Shown: positions 1 through 12,470 of the stretch, piece after piece | How positions within the stretch are numbered: position 1 is the stretch's first letter | Layout: every line of letters begins with the position of its first letter | Assembly: GCF_006345805.1 (NCBI RefSeq) | Contig: NC_042999.1 | Coordinates: forward strand, 116,064,001-116,128,000 | DNA length: 64,000 nt | Reading direction: 5' to 3' | Source of the DNA: Octopus sinensis | Taxonomy: Eukaryota | The notes under the pieces: generated by a model | Told to the model about the DNA's origin: nothing | Seen by the model: the letters and a program-made list of their open reading frames with translations, nothing else | The model's database searches: none | Position numbers and translations under genes: made by a program

Positions 1-184
1 TTCCACCCTGCAGTACTTAAGTCAACTAAGGAGGGAATGTAAATCATAAGTCATTCAGACTGGTTTGAAATAGTAGCCAAATCTCCTTAGTCTCATGCTA
101 TTAAAGACAAAATCAGATAATATGATCACATCTAGAATAGCTTTGATTTTGGCCGGAAGAGGTTGAGTCAATGACAGAGTTTCT

Positions 185-1043
185 CTACCACACACAAATG
201 CTATCATCCCAGTTAACCCTTCTTTTATGTTGCTGTACCTCTTATGCATCCATAGCTTACACTGGGTACATCATATGGAGTTTCTACCTACACCTTTTCT
301 ACAGATTGAGCCCTGTGCAGGGCTTGTACAGCTCTTATTAGCCACTCATCTATCCCTAGTTTCTGCATTGCCCACCAGATAAGGGATCAAGGGACCCTGT
401 CAAAGGCTTTCTTAAAGTCAACAAGAGCTAAGTATAGGGGTTTATCTTTAGCTAGGTATTTTTCCTGCAGTTGCCTTACCAGGAATATAGCATCAGTAGT
501 GCTTCTGCCTGGCACACAACCGAACTGTATCTCATCTAAGCAGACTCTCTCCCTAATTGGTTGGGCTATGACCATCTCTATGACCTTCATCACCTGTAGT
601 TATTTCTATCTAAAGCATCACCTTTACCTTTGTAGTTGTTGACTATGATGCTGCTACGCCAGTCATTGGGTATGACTCCTTCGTGAACTACCTGGTTTAC
701 AATACAAGTGACTAGACCATAACCCACACCACCAGATATTTTAAGCGATACTTGATGGGCCGGGGGCTTTTCCTGAATTCATATCCTTAATTGCTTTATT
801 TACCAGGGTGCTATCCATTTGGGTAGCTGGTCCCTCAACTGGGTCAAAATTTGGCAGGCTCTCCTCCTCCCATTCATTCTCCACATTCAGTAGCCTTTCA
901 TAATGGCTTCTCCAAGCCTCTTTCATTGCAGAATCATTAAAAACAAGTGCACCATCATCCATGAGGACACATTTCTCTCCTGCAACATCAAAGTTTTCTC
1001 TCACACACTGTCTTGCAATCTGAAATAATACTTCAGTTTGCAA
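185..1043 (-). mobile_element. RTE-clade LINE ORF2 fragment (RT domain plus PHD-like Cys motif), pseudogenised and internally deleted
   Basis: Translates to KAPGPS, QFGCVPGRSTTDAIFLVRQLQEKY..LVDFKKAFDRVP*SLIWWAMQKLG, then SICRKGVGRNSI*CTQCKLWMHKR. Contains stops and frameshifts. Confidence 0.9.
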
Positions 1044-1157
1044 GATAGTGTGTGATATATATATATATATTTATATACACACACACACACACATATGCGT
1101 ACATACATACATATATGTGTGTGTGTATGTATATATTATATATATACATGCACACAA

Positions 1158-1328
1158 TAGGATTCTGCACAGGTTTTGTCTAACAAATTTCCTCACAAGG
1201 CAGTATTGGTTGGCCCAAGGCTTTAGTAGAAGACGCTTGCCTAAGGTGCTGCACAGCAGGACTGAACCCAGCCCAAAACCAGCTGTTTGCAAAACAAGCT
1301 TCTTAACCCCACAGCCATGCCTGCACCT
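1158..1328 (-). mobile_element. SINE family A, 5' half (degraded)
   Basis: Reverse complement matches the tRNA-like head of family A (compare 49885-50050). Confidence 0.7.
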
Positions 1329-1799
1329 GTTGAAAAGTTTTCACTAACTGCATGGAAACTTTCAGTTAGCCTGACTGCATGACATATGTGAGACCCTCCT
1401 GTAGTCACGTTAGACTTACCATAGTTTACCTGCTCACTTACCACCAGACTCTCTAGAAATAACTTTACTGTTACAAAATCTGTTTATTAACTAACCTACC
1501 AGAATTAGTTCCAGTCAGTCACATAAGTTGTCTTAGTAATGTAGAATTCTATTATAACTTATGACCTGCTTGCTAATCATATGCTACCAAGGTAGTATTT
1601 GGTTGTCTAGTACTTGTCAGAAAATTACTTATATTTGTTGTAATGTGGTTGTGTGTGTGTATCGTATTCTGTATCCAGATGTTCAGCACTTGACTATTGG
1701 AATTTTTCAACCAGTGACCATCATATGAGATAATGTCCTAATCCTAAACGAGCTATATAACAACAACAACAACTATAATAATAATAATAATAATAATGA

Positions 1800-2095
1800 T
1801 TTTGTGGGGTCCACGCTACAAAATAGTAAATTGGGGATCTACAATAGTATTTTAAGGTACTTGAAAATTTTTTGTTTTAGATGTATGTAATGGTATGTAT
1901 TGCAAGAAACAGCTATGTTTCTTGCCCTAACAGGTACATGGTTCAACCCACAGAAGTTAATGTGTGAAAAACAAAATAGGAAATTTGGAAGAAGTTTCTA
2001 AAAAACTAGTTTTTAAACATTGAATGGCTATGGGGGCTACCAGAATGAAATAGTAATCAAAGGGGTCCATAAGTAAAAAATGGTTGAGAACCCCT
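1800..2095. mobile_element. hAT-like MITE remnant
   Basis: Ends in ggttgagaacccct, a hAT/Charlie-type terminus, with repeated ggggtcca subterminal motifs. Left end not clear. Confidence 0.45.
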
Positions 2096-2896
2096 TACTT
2101 GATATAGTTCATATATTTATGTGTGTATATGTGTGTGTGAATGTATGAAAGACAGAGGAGTTAATCATCAGTATTCCTCAGTAAGACTTCATTTTGACAG
2201 TCTGTGTCATAATTCTGGACATGTTTTGTTTCAGTTTTCCCTTGTTTTTACTTCTTTGTTATTGTTTTTTTTTATATAATCAAGAAGAAGACAGGATTAA
2301 AAGAGAATACCAACAATTGTTTATTTGTTGTTGTTGTTGTTATTTAAGTTTATGTCTTGATATTTCATAGTCTGTTGTAGTAATCTCTTTATGCCTGCCT
2401 CTATTATAAGATGATAGCCTGGTTCTGTTCAAACTAAGCTTTAGAGGTGGTAGGGTTGGCGGAGGATAAAAAACAAAAACAAAAATAGAAACCCTCGGAA
2501 ATTAAAAAAACAAAACAAAAGAGAAAAAATAAAACAGAAACTAAAGCAGGAGGGAGGAGGAAAAGAAATGAAAACTTTAAACTGCAATCATAACAACAAC
2601 AGCAACACTAACAATAAAATTAAATAGCAACTACAATAACAGCACAAACAATAAGATTAAATAGCAACAAGAGTAACTAAAAAAAAACTTCAAATGAAAT
2701 TAAACAGCAACAAAACTACCAATAAAATTAAATAGCAGTGTAAAACAAAAACTGGTTCAAAAGCTTATAGCTATTAAAAAGTGGTAGATGGTTCATTAAT
2801 TGCCTATGAAGAAGGTTTTTTTTTCTTATATAATAGACCAGACTTAACTGTAGGTAGTCATTCTAAATATGTTCCCATCCTTCTGTCTATGCTAGT

Positions 2897-2932
<36 letters not shown>

Positions 2933-2955
2933 TAGTTGTGGTGGTGGTGGTGGTG

Positions 2956-2985
<30 letters not shown>
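2897..2985. repeat. Compound (AGT)n(GGT)n(AGT)n microsatellite
   Basis: Directly visible; produces the spurious poly-S/G ORF. Confidence 0.95.
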
Positions 2986-2986
<1 letters not shown>

Positions 2987-3074
2987 ACGACTAGTGTTAG
3001 GGTGAAATGGTCATGTTATTAAGATTAGTGATCGACTACTGGCTTGAGGATACTTAGACCTTGACCCACAGCAT

Positions 3075-3478
3075 ACCATGCTGTTCAGAGAGTACCACCG
3101 TTTTTCTTGACACTCCTAACTGTACAGAGAGTACTCTGTTGTTTTCAACATGCCTAGGTGTATATAGTTAGGTACCACATCTTTTCTTGACTGGCTTAGC
3201 TGGAGAGTAAATGTCACATCTTTGCATGACATACCTACCTGTATAGTACCTCATCTTTTCTTGACATGCCTAGTTGTACATATAGCATCTATCACATCTT
3301 TTCTTGACATGCCTAGTTGTACATATTGTGTCTATCACATCTTTTCTTGACATGCTTAGCTGTACAGTGTCTACTGCATCTTTTCTTGTCATGCCTAACT
3401 GTATAGTTGGTTCTACATCTTTTCTTCATATGTGTATCTGTATAGTGGGTACCACATCTTTTCTTGGCATGCTCATGA
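3075..3478. repeat. Degenerate minisatellite, about 10 units of roughly 36-46 bp
   Basis: Recurring core cacatcttttcttgacatgcctagytgta separated by variable linkers. Confidence 0.85.
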
Positions 3479-3934
3479 CTTTTAATCATACAAATTTTCA
3501 TATTTTTTTTATATCCTAAGTTTTATATTTTCCCATTTAGATGTATTTTGTACTGAATATGTACAAAATTGTGAATTTTGAGTCTTCATGTATGGTATTT
3601 CCAACTAAATGTATTTCTTAAAAATTCTCAGCCACTCAACCTTGTTCTTCTATTCTCTGGCTAGAAAAACATGACCATACATCTGCACATGTGCAGGATG
3701 GGACAAGATTTTTGTTGAAGAAGACTAGTAGTTTACAAGAATGCAAGTCATTCCTCTGCACACTACTGATGTTTATCAAGGAGGGGGTTGTATTTCCTCT
3801 CATCTTCGTGTGTATTTGCTGATTGTAAGCAAAAGCATCACTGTTCATTCTGACAATGCTGTTTACTTGCAGTTCATTGCAAAATCATGGCCGAGCTTCT
3901 TGGCCTGTGTGATCTTTGTAAAAACAAAATGTAA

Positions 3935-4128
3935 TTTCTTTCCAGTTTTCCACATAAACATGTCCAGGGGGTTCATTGTTTTATAGACAAGAGGTTTATT
4001 GCATTACTTAGAAACAGGTGAGGGTTGACATGGGGCAGGGGCATCCCACTGTAGAAAACTTTGCCTAAATGTAGTTTCATTTGATCCATGCAAGCATGGA
4101 GAAGTAGACATTAAAACGATGATGATGA
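3935..4128 (+). mobile_element. RTE-tailed non-autonomous element (family C2)
   Basis: aaacaggtgagggttg..gggcatcc..tgtagaaa followed by the catgcaagcatgga..(gat)n tail. Related copies at about 9938-10200, 20580-20810, 36345-36570, 46260-46470 and 61935-62160. Confidence 0.65.
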
Positions 4129-4139
4129 TTAAGGTTGAT

Positions 4140-4362
4140 TTAACCCCTTAATATTCAGATTATTTGGTCAAATGTAATACTTCTTTATTCACATTGTTTT
4201 GAATTAATCATGCATTATCTCACAGCTTTAAGATTTCGGTAATGTGATTGTTTATTTTTAGAATGACATTGTAGGGTAGGTGTGAGGGACCAATCTAGCT
4301 AGTTTGAACATAAAACAGAATATTTGAGCCAGATATGGCTGGTTTTATTGCTAAAGGATTAA
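4140..4362. mobile_element. piggyBac-like MITE family 1
   Basis: TTAA-CCC...AAAGG(A)-TTAA ends; body matches 24913-25130 and 57241-57468. Confidence 0.75.
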
Positions 4363-4934
4363 GCAAACAATATGAATGAATTTAAGCAAAGCATGATATT
4401 TGACTACAGTTTGAAGTTTTTGTACTGACCTTCTGTCTTAGATTCATACTTCCTTGTCACCAGTGTCTTCTAGTGGTAGTTTATACAGTTGTTTGGCTGT
4501 GTTGGACAGCTTTCAGTAAGTATATCTATGTCTTGTACGTATACTCACTAGTATTATACACCTGGCCTTTACAAAAAGCATGTCTGAGCAACATGTAGTC
4601 AGTTGGGTCTTCCTGTGGTGGGGTGAGGGAATCGGTTAAGTCTCTACATAGGCTATAAAGGTTATCCTTGTCCTGTAGGAATCAAGTTTCTTTAGAAAAC
4701 TCTGAAAAAGGAGAAAAAGCGAGGAGATATTCTGTATGTAAAATATAAGTCTACAAGTCTACTCCACTGACTTATATTGCTGATTTCATGAGAGAGAGAG
4801 GAGGGAGAGTGTGTGTGTAGTGTGTGTATGTGTGTGTGTGAAGAGATAAGGGTGTGGTTATGAATAACTACATTTCATATGAAGTGCGTTTGTGTTGATG
4901 TTGCTTATATTGTTGTTGAGCACCAGAGTCTGTT

Positions 4935-5181
4935 CTGCAGCTGTGACTATCTGGTCACTGCATGCACCAACCTGAATTGGAGGCATCCAAATTAGTCTTG
5001 TAGAACCCACTTCATGGTGATATAAGAAGAGGAAAACATGGTCACACTTATACCGACAACTTGATTGCAGGCACTCACCTGGAATGTATCCAGGACCTCA
5101 AGGCAGTAATTTTGGACCAAGAAGTATGGTGAGTGGACTTTGTTGTTGCAGTCTGGGTTGGAACCCCAGTCATTAAAAAAA
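4935..5181 (+). mobile_element. RTE/RTE-X LINE 3' end
   Basis: Translates to LSGHCMHQPELEASKLVL*NPLHGDIRRGKHGHTYTDNL..DLKAVILDQEVW, an RTE-type ORF2 C-terminus, followed by an A-tail. Confidence 0.7.
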
Positions 5182-5749
5182 GTCATTTTTCATCCTGTAG
5201 ACCCATGATCAAAAATGTTTTAGTCAAGACCATCTTGTCTTTTTGTACATCTATAACTGCCTTTGTACATCTATAACTGCCCTTCCATTTTAAAGATGGA
5301 AGGAGATCTGAGGGAGATCTGACAGCTAATTCTAGCAAGTTAAGCAGCCACATAAGGGCTCCCTTTATTAGCTCAATCAATATACCTTGTTCTTCACTTA
5401 TGGCTGTTTATTCATTTTCCTTTGTGTGTGTATAGAGTGTATGTAGTGAATACTGACGTATGTCCTTGTATGTGTTCAGATCTGCTGCATTTGTGTCAAT
5501 TAACTCAGCTGTGTTAAAGTCATTATAGTTTATTTCTGAATGTCATTGTTGCTATTGTCACATTACCTTAATCTGTTTTAATGTTTCACTGCTCTCACTA
5601 CTTAATCAAAAAATCTTAATGCTGGATTTCATCCATCATCATCATCATCAGTGTTCTTTTTATTATTGCTTTATTATTTGTATTTAAGCACTCTGGTGGA
5701 ACATAAACTTACATGAATTAAAATGAGTTGGGGATGTTTTATATATGTA

Positions 5750-5814
<65 letters not shown>

Positions 5815-5815
<1 letters not shown>

Positions 5816-6266
5816 GGGTCGTCCTCAACTTATGACCACAATTGGTTCCATCTGACGGGTCGTAAGTTGATTTTGTCGTAAGTCGGCCTGTCGGCCTACA
5901 TAGCTTTGTTTTATATTTTTTACATTTTTAAGGTACATTCTCAGGTAAAAAGTCTTACACAGCATTCTGTATTATACTGCCGTTTGTCCGAAATTTCAGG
6001 CTCTCAAGCAGTCATCTTATAAACAAATATGAGGTTGCTTCGATGTCTCCATGACAGGATAGTCATCCAACACAATGGTGATTGATAACCAAACCTAGGG
6101 GAAGCGTTTGTTAGTTGACATCATCCATAGACAGGTTAATTTCTAAGAAATTAAACCCATTAGATTTCAACTTGACTATTCATTATTGCTGCTGGGAGCT
6201 GGCATGCCAGTCGTTGTAAAGTTAAGCGGTTGTAAGTCAGATAGGTCATAAGTCAACAATGACCTG
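5815..6266. mobile_element. Tigger/pogo-like MITE
   Basis: Imperfect TIRs cgggtcgtcctcaacttatgacc / ggtcataagtcaacaatgacctg followed by TA, with gtcgtaagt subterminal repeats. Confidence 0.75.
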
Positions 6267-6360
6267 TATATATATATATTGTTTCTAGAATAAGAATAGG
6301 GTGGAGGAAGTTCAGAGAACTACCACCTCTGTTGGCAGCAATAGGATTCTCTCTGTGGGA

Positions 6361-7225
6361 AAGGGATTATCAAAGAAATTCTTGTTGACATGGTTGCTAC
6401 ATTAAGGGATGACATTCCAACTTTATCAACAGTACAAAAGTGGACAGCTGAATTTAAAGTGAAAGGGAAAGTCTTGAAGATGACTCAATGTCTGGACATC
6501 TTGCAACTGCCACCACGAAGGAAAACATTGATTGCGTTCACCACATGGTGATGGATGATAGGTGATTGACAATAAATCAAATATCTAATGCTATTAGCAT
6601 ATCCTGAGAGAGAGTTGAGAATAATCTGCACAATGAACTAGGCATGACAAAGGTTTCTACTCTGTGGCTGCCACGTCTTCTGACACCTCTTCAAAAGTGC
6701 AGCAGGTGATCACATCTCAGGAAAATCTGACATTGTCTGAGGCAGATCCAGCTGGTTTCCTTGAATGTTTCCTAACACAGGATGAATGTTGAGTTCATCA
6801 CCTTGAGCTAGAAGCAAAGAGACAATCCATGCAGTGGAAACACCCTTCCTCGCCTGCTTCTAAGAAAGCCATCATTTCTTCTTCAGGGAAGGTGATAGCC
6901 CCAGTTTTTTGGGATGCTAAAAGCATTGTGTTTATTGACTATCTTCAAAAGGGCTACACCATCAATGGAGAGTACTATGCTAACTTGCTAAGGCAGTTGC
7001 AAAAGGCTATCAAGACCAAATACTCAGGAAAACTGACAAAAGGGGTCTTGTTTCATCAGGACAATGCTCCAGTACACAAGTCCTTGGCTGCTGTACATGA
7101 CTGTGGCTTTGAATTGGTTGATTACCTTTTCTGTTCTCCTGATTTGGCCTCATCTGACTGTCATCTGTTCCACAGCATGCAAAAACACTTGGCTGGGAAC
7201 AAGTATCTCAGTATGATGACATCAT
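6361..7225 (+). pseudogene. mariner (DD34D) transposase pseudogene
   Basis: Motifs STVQKW, LEDD, WLPRLLT (WVPxxL), TQDE, VFWD, FHQDNAPVH and SPDLASSDCHLF, with stops and frameshifts. Confidence 0.92.
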
Positions 7226-7436
7226 CATCGTTTAATGATAACTTTTCCCAGCGCAAGCTTCACCTTTTATCCTTCATTCTCTTTCATCCACTCTGCAAGT
7301 CCTGCAGTGATGGGATCATCTGAAGATGGGGGCTGACTAGGATGTAGTTGGAAGCCTCTAGCTGGAGTCCTGCACATAGGCGGCATAAGTAAGATATATA
7401 TATATGCGTGTATGTGTGTATATCTGTGTCTGTGTG

Positions 7437-7468
<32 letters not shown>

Positions 7469-9192
7469 CTATTTTGCTACAATCTCAACCCTGAAGATGG
7501 CATCCCAATTTGATATCGCCATGATGGCAGTCTCTTCAACTTGAAGTGACTAGAATCACGTCCACTCCTATGTAAATGATACCATTACTCACTTTTTACC
7601 TTCCTCAAACAGGTGTCATTCACACACAACCTAAACACCTACTTTTAGACTTGTAGGCAAGTAAAAAGCACTGACTTAGTTATGGGTGTCTTCTTACATC
7701 AGTTCTACCTAGTTGAAACTTTTATAGCTAAAGTAAGGCATCAAATTGTAAAGCACTTGATCCAGCTGGGCTACCCATCTCAAGCATAGCAACATTTTTT
7801 TTTGTATTTCTGAATCTTTTGAGTAAAAGACAACTGGTTGTTGTCATGCCCCCCCCCCCCACCAGTCATCTTTGACTGAGCAAATCTAGAGTTAAGCACC
7901 TTCTACCTTTGATCATCCTATGTTATAAAATATATATGTTTGTGACAGAGGAAGTGGTAATACTGAGAGGTAGTGTTTGTACCCACTTTAACTGGGATGC
8001 TCTATTAGAACAAACTATAGAGCATTAGTTACCATGAGAGAAACTCTCATATTGGCTTTTTGTTGCTAAATGTGCTCTTGTTTATATTGCTATCGGCGAG
8101 GTAAATCCTTGCTACCTCCAAGACCACCAGATCACATGATTTCAACCTCCTTGCTTGGTCTTGTCAATGATGGACACTTGACCACTAGAGGCGGCAACAA
8201 TTCATCTCTCTGCCAGTGATATATAGATTGACAGTGCCAGAACAGGTGCTGGCATCATAATTAGCCAGTTAACTTTTTACAGACACAGTATATTTTAAAT
8301 CTAGATCACCCAGGAGGATGGGTGTGTTCATTCACTCATATTTATGACTACATTTTGCAAAGTGTTATTTTCTTTTAAATTCGTGGGCAACACTTTGAGG
8401 GAAATTTGGTTGGTACTTCTAGTAGATTGTGCGGTCGTTTAGAGGTTCCCTTTAAAATCCCTCAGGTCTTCGGAAATATTTACATAGATTTCTTTTCTGG
8501 CTGACTTGATTGGATCAGTAACTTTGTTCCATTGTAAAAACTGATCCCATTCTACAAGGATTTGTTATTTATCCTCTCCCACTAATCCTCTTCCTACCCA
8601 TTATTAATGACAGCTTCTTTACACATCCAGCTACATCCACTCTTACATTGAAGGCAATATTGCCTATTCAAGTTGTTTGATTTGTTATAAATAGTTATGA
8701 GGACACACTAGATAATGTAGTTCCAGATGCTCTTGGCTGAAATGCTTTTGATTGTATGTTTGCCCAGCAGAGTTGATCTTAGACTCATTTGTAGTGTTTT
8801 CTCCTCTTTCCACTTATATTAATGTCCTCCTGTATATTCAAAAATCTCTATTCATAATGACTCATTGAAATATAATACAGAAGTGTTGTTAATGTACTGG
8901 ACAAAGACATCATTGTCAAACCATTTTTTTCTCTCCTTTAAAATATAGGGCCTTTGTCTCTTCTCAAAAGAAACCAATGATTAATGTCAGCACAAGGTTA
9001 TAATAAATTTTGATGGAGGTGATATGACCATGTAGTTAAAAAGTCCTCTTCCTAATGACATAGTTCTAGGTTCCATCCCACTGAAATGCACATTGGGATA
9101 CCATAACCTTCAGTTTACCCCAGCCTTGTGAGTGAAATAAAATAGACAGAAACTCTCTACCCTTTGAGGTACATTTGTTTTTGTATGCAGAC

Positions 9193-9397
9193 TTAACACT
9201 TTAGCATTCAGATCGGTCTGTCAGATGTAATGCTTATTTATTTATGTGGGTTTTAAGCAACCATGCATTGAGATTTCAGTGATGTGATTGTTTATTTTTA
9301 GACTGTCATTGTAGGGTAGGTGTGAGATGCTTGATCTGGCCAGTTTAAATATATAAACCAGATAGAATATTTTGGTCAGTTTAAATGCTAAAGTGTT
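9193..9397. mobile_element. piggyBac-like MITE family 1 (degraded)
   Basis: ttaacactttagcatt...aatgctaaagtgtt; same body as the other family 1 copies. Confidence 0.7.
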
Positions 9398-10429
9398 TCT
9401 CTTCTTCCATTTAACATCACTGTTTGATTTCTCACTCCCTTGAGCAGTGCCCACTGTGATGCAAGAAGTCTTTGGACTAGATTACAAGTGTGAGGATAAA
9501 TCATATGCTGTGGTTTATTACTCCATTATCCACCATCCCACACACTTCCCTAAACCTCAGATATCCGGGAAAATGGTAATAGATTTTTCTGACTATTCTG
9601 TTCCTGCATTTACCCCAATGCAATTCAGGGTCCACTAGTTTTGTGATTAATGTGGCCAAGATGCTGCTCCTGTTGATGAATCACACTGTCTAACTATGGA
9701 GGCCTGTCACAGTTAGCTGGTTCTTTGAATATCTTATTTCTCATCACCAACAAGGCATCGCAATAGGAGGTGAAATAGGGTTTCGTATTTCACTAGAGAA
9801 CTGTAACAAATACTGCCAAGCATTGCACCTGATGCTCGATTGATTCTACTCATATGTCACTTTACTTCCTTTTATATAATAAAGCCATTAAAAATTTTTT
9901 TACAGTTAAGTCATTTTAGTCAGACCTCGTTCTTATTTCATCATCATCATCATCATTGTCATTATTTTAATATCCACTTTTCCGTGCTTGCATGGTTCAG
10001 ACAGAATTTGTTGCAGCAGATGTTCCATGGTTGGATGCCCTTCCTGGTGCCAACTCTCACTTGTTTCCAAGCAAGGTAATATTTCCCCAATACCGAACAT
10101 GTTTTTTCTCACATGAAACTGGAAGCAAATTATATCCTGCTTGTATGATGGTGATACTTGTTTACAAGTATCATTCAATGTCAAGATGAAGAAGCAGAAA
10201 CACACACAGACATGTCCCATCTGAAGGAGCTTCGTGAGACCACTGCAGAGATGCTTCTGGAAAAAAAAAAAAGAAAACAGAAGTAAAAAAAACGTTGGAA
10301 ACCAATTATAGGAGTGACTTGATCAATTCCTAGGGATATCTGAAGAAGGAATTTTTATAGTCCGAACTATGGATGACTATGGAGGACTAAATTACACCAG
10401 TTATTATAGTCCTAAAGCACTGCTTTTAG

Positions 10430-10562
10430 TCGAACTCACAAGACTTTGGTTGGCCTGAGGCTATAGTAGAGGACACTTGCCCAGGGTGCCACACAGTGGG
10501 ACCTGAATCTGGAACCATGTGGTTGATAAGCAAGCTACTTACCACACAGCCATTCTTGTGCC

Positions 10563-10563
<1 letters not shown>
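10430..10563 (-). mobile_element. SINE family A, 5' half
   Basis: Reverse complement of the family A head. Confidence 0.8.
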
Positions 10564-10599
<36 letters not shown>

Positions 10600-10701
10600 T
10601 ATATACATATACATATATATTGTGTTTTTTTAATACAAATAGACGTATGACTTCTACTTTTAAGTGTAGAGCTTCATGTAGATTATCATGCTTTCAGTAT
10701 A

Positions 10702-10780
10702 ATGGTTAAGCAGCTTAGCTTAATGGTAAAGTACTCAGCCGGTATCTGAGAGGTGTGGGTTCGAGTCCCTTAGCCATCGG
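10702..10780 (+). other. tRNA-like structure (probable SINE head or tRNA pseudogene)
   Basis: A-box tagcttaatggt, perfect anticodon stem ctcag/ctgag around loop ccggtat, B-box ggttcgagtccc. Acceptor stem is non-canonical. Confidence 0.5.
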
Positions 10781-10929
10781 CTGACAACTTTCTCCATCTT
10801 ATAAGGATAAATACCCAGTCTTTCTGCTGTTTTCATGGCTATACTGTATTTGAAATATTACTTTCTTGTTTGTAATATGCTTAGTAATATTACATGTTAT
10901 GTTATACACAGCAAATGTTGACAAAATTA

Positions 10930-11420
10930 TGATAGAGAAACCATCTGAATATTGGTTACCTGTATCATGATGACTCATACTGGGTATCAAAATGCCAATG
11001 CCATGATTGCTGCTCACTGCTCTGTGAATATTGTAAAGGCTGTAAGATGTGACACAAACAGCTGTAACTGAAACTACAAAGCTGTGACCTGCAGGAAAGG
11101 CTATAGCAGGTATTCTGGCTGCTGGAATTCATTCCCATGCTCTTGAACAGAGCCTTAAACTTAATTGAAACAGCTATGTGAAGTTGCTGGAGACTGTCAT
11201 CAATACTGGCAGGATAGGTTGCTGTTGGAAGGCCATACATATAGTTTCAGGATTTGGCTCTTTGCTATATACTTCATGTAAGAATCAGAAGTAGTTGCTG
11301 GAAAATTTCTATGACTTCACTAGCCCCAGTTTCTGGCCTCCTAATTCCCTTGATTGTAATTCCATGGATTACTGTGTGGAGAGTGCTTGAGAAAGACACC
11401 AACCACTTTGCTTGCAACAC
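10930..11420 (+). mobile_element. maT (DD37D) transposase remnant
   Basis: GRPYI..QD..ENFYDFTSPSFWPPNSLDCNSMDY; homologous to 51147-52043. Confidence 0.75.
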
Positions 11421-11737
11421 CCAGGCTGTGATTTGCCTAGGGCTATAAGTACATAACACTTGCCTGAGTTACCATGTAGCAGGACTGAACTCGAAACCAT
11501 GTTTAGTGGGTAAACTTCTTAATTACACTGTTATTACTGGAAAGTGAAAATTAAAAAGGGATCTTGGAAGAATTTTCAATGAGAAAGTAAAAGGACAAAC
11601 CTTTTCTCTGATCTAGCTCCTTCCAAGAAACCAATAAGAAATGATACAGAATCCTGCTCTCCTTCTTTCCCTCCTCCACTCTATCATACTCCATCTTGCT
11701 CCCTCTCCCTTTCACACATACGGAAAAGAAGTATGTG

Positions 11738-11785
<48 letters not shown>

Positions 11786-11873
11786 TATATATATGTATAT
11801 ATATACATATATACATATATATACATCTACACGTGTGTATATATATGTATGTGTGAGTATGTATCTATATATA

Positions 11874-12470
11874 TCATCATCATCATCATCATTTAGCGTC
11901 CGTTTTCCATGCTAGCATGGGTTGGACGGTTCTACTGGGGTCTGTGAAGCCAGAAGGCTTCATCAGGCCCAGTCAAATCTGGCAGTGTTTCTACGGCTGG
12001 ATGCCCTTCCTAACGCCAACCACTCCGTGAGTGTAGTGGGTGCTTTTTACGTGCCATCCGCACTGGTGCCAGACAGAGCTGGCAAACGGCCACGAACGGA
12101 TGGTGCTTTTTATGTGCCACCGGCACGAGGGCCAGGCGAGGCTGGCAACGGACACGAAACGGGGCGGTGCTGGCAACGGTCGCGAAACGGAAAGTTCTCT
12201 TACATGCCACCGGCACTGGTAACACATCTGCAATTTCTATTGATCGATTTCCATTGATCGATTTCGATTCTGATCCTCACTTGCCTCAATGGGTCTTCAC
12301 AAGCAGAGTTTCGACATGCCACCGGCACTGGTAGCACATCCGCAATTTCCATTGATCGATTTCAATTCTGATCCTCACTTGCCTCAACACGTCTTCACAA
12401 GTAGAGTTTTGTGTCCCAAGAAGGGAAGGTATGCATACGTAGGCTGGCTCCATCCCATGTAGAAGGCCAT
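11874..12470 (-). mobile_element. RTE-tailed non-autonomous element (family C) with an internal tandem duplication
   Basis: On the minus strand: repeated gtgccggtggcacgtaaaaagcac-like units, ggttggcgttaggaagggcatccagc, and a catgctagcatggaaa..(gat)n tail. A roughly 100-110 bp duplication spans about 12202-12410. Confidence 0.85.

Noticed and set aside
3075-3478. CRISPR array
   Set aside because: Eukaryotic context, no cas genes, degenerate repeats, and short linkers homologous to each other.
7488-7530. Hammerhead core ctgaaga
   Set aside because: No downstream GAAA or stem III in the required position.
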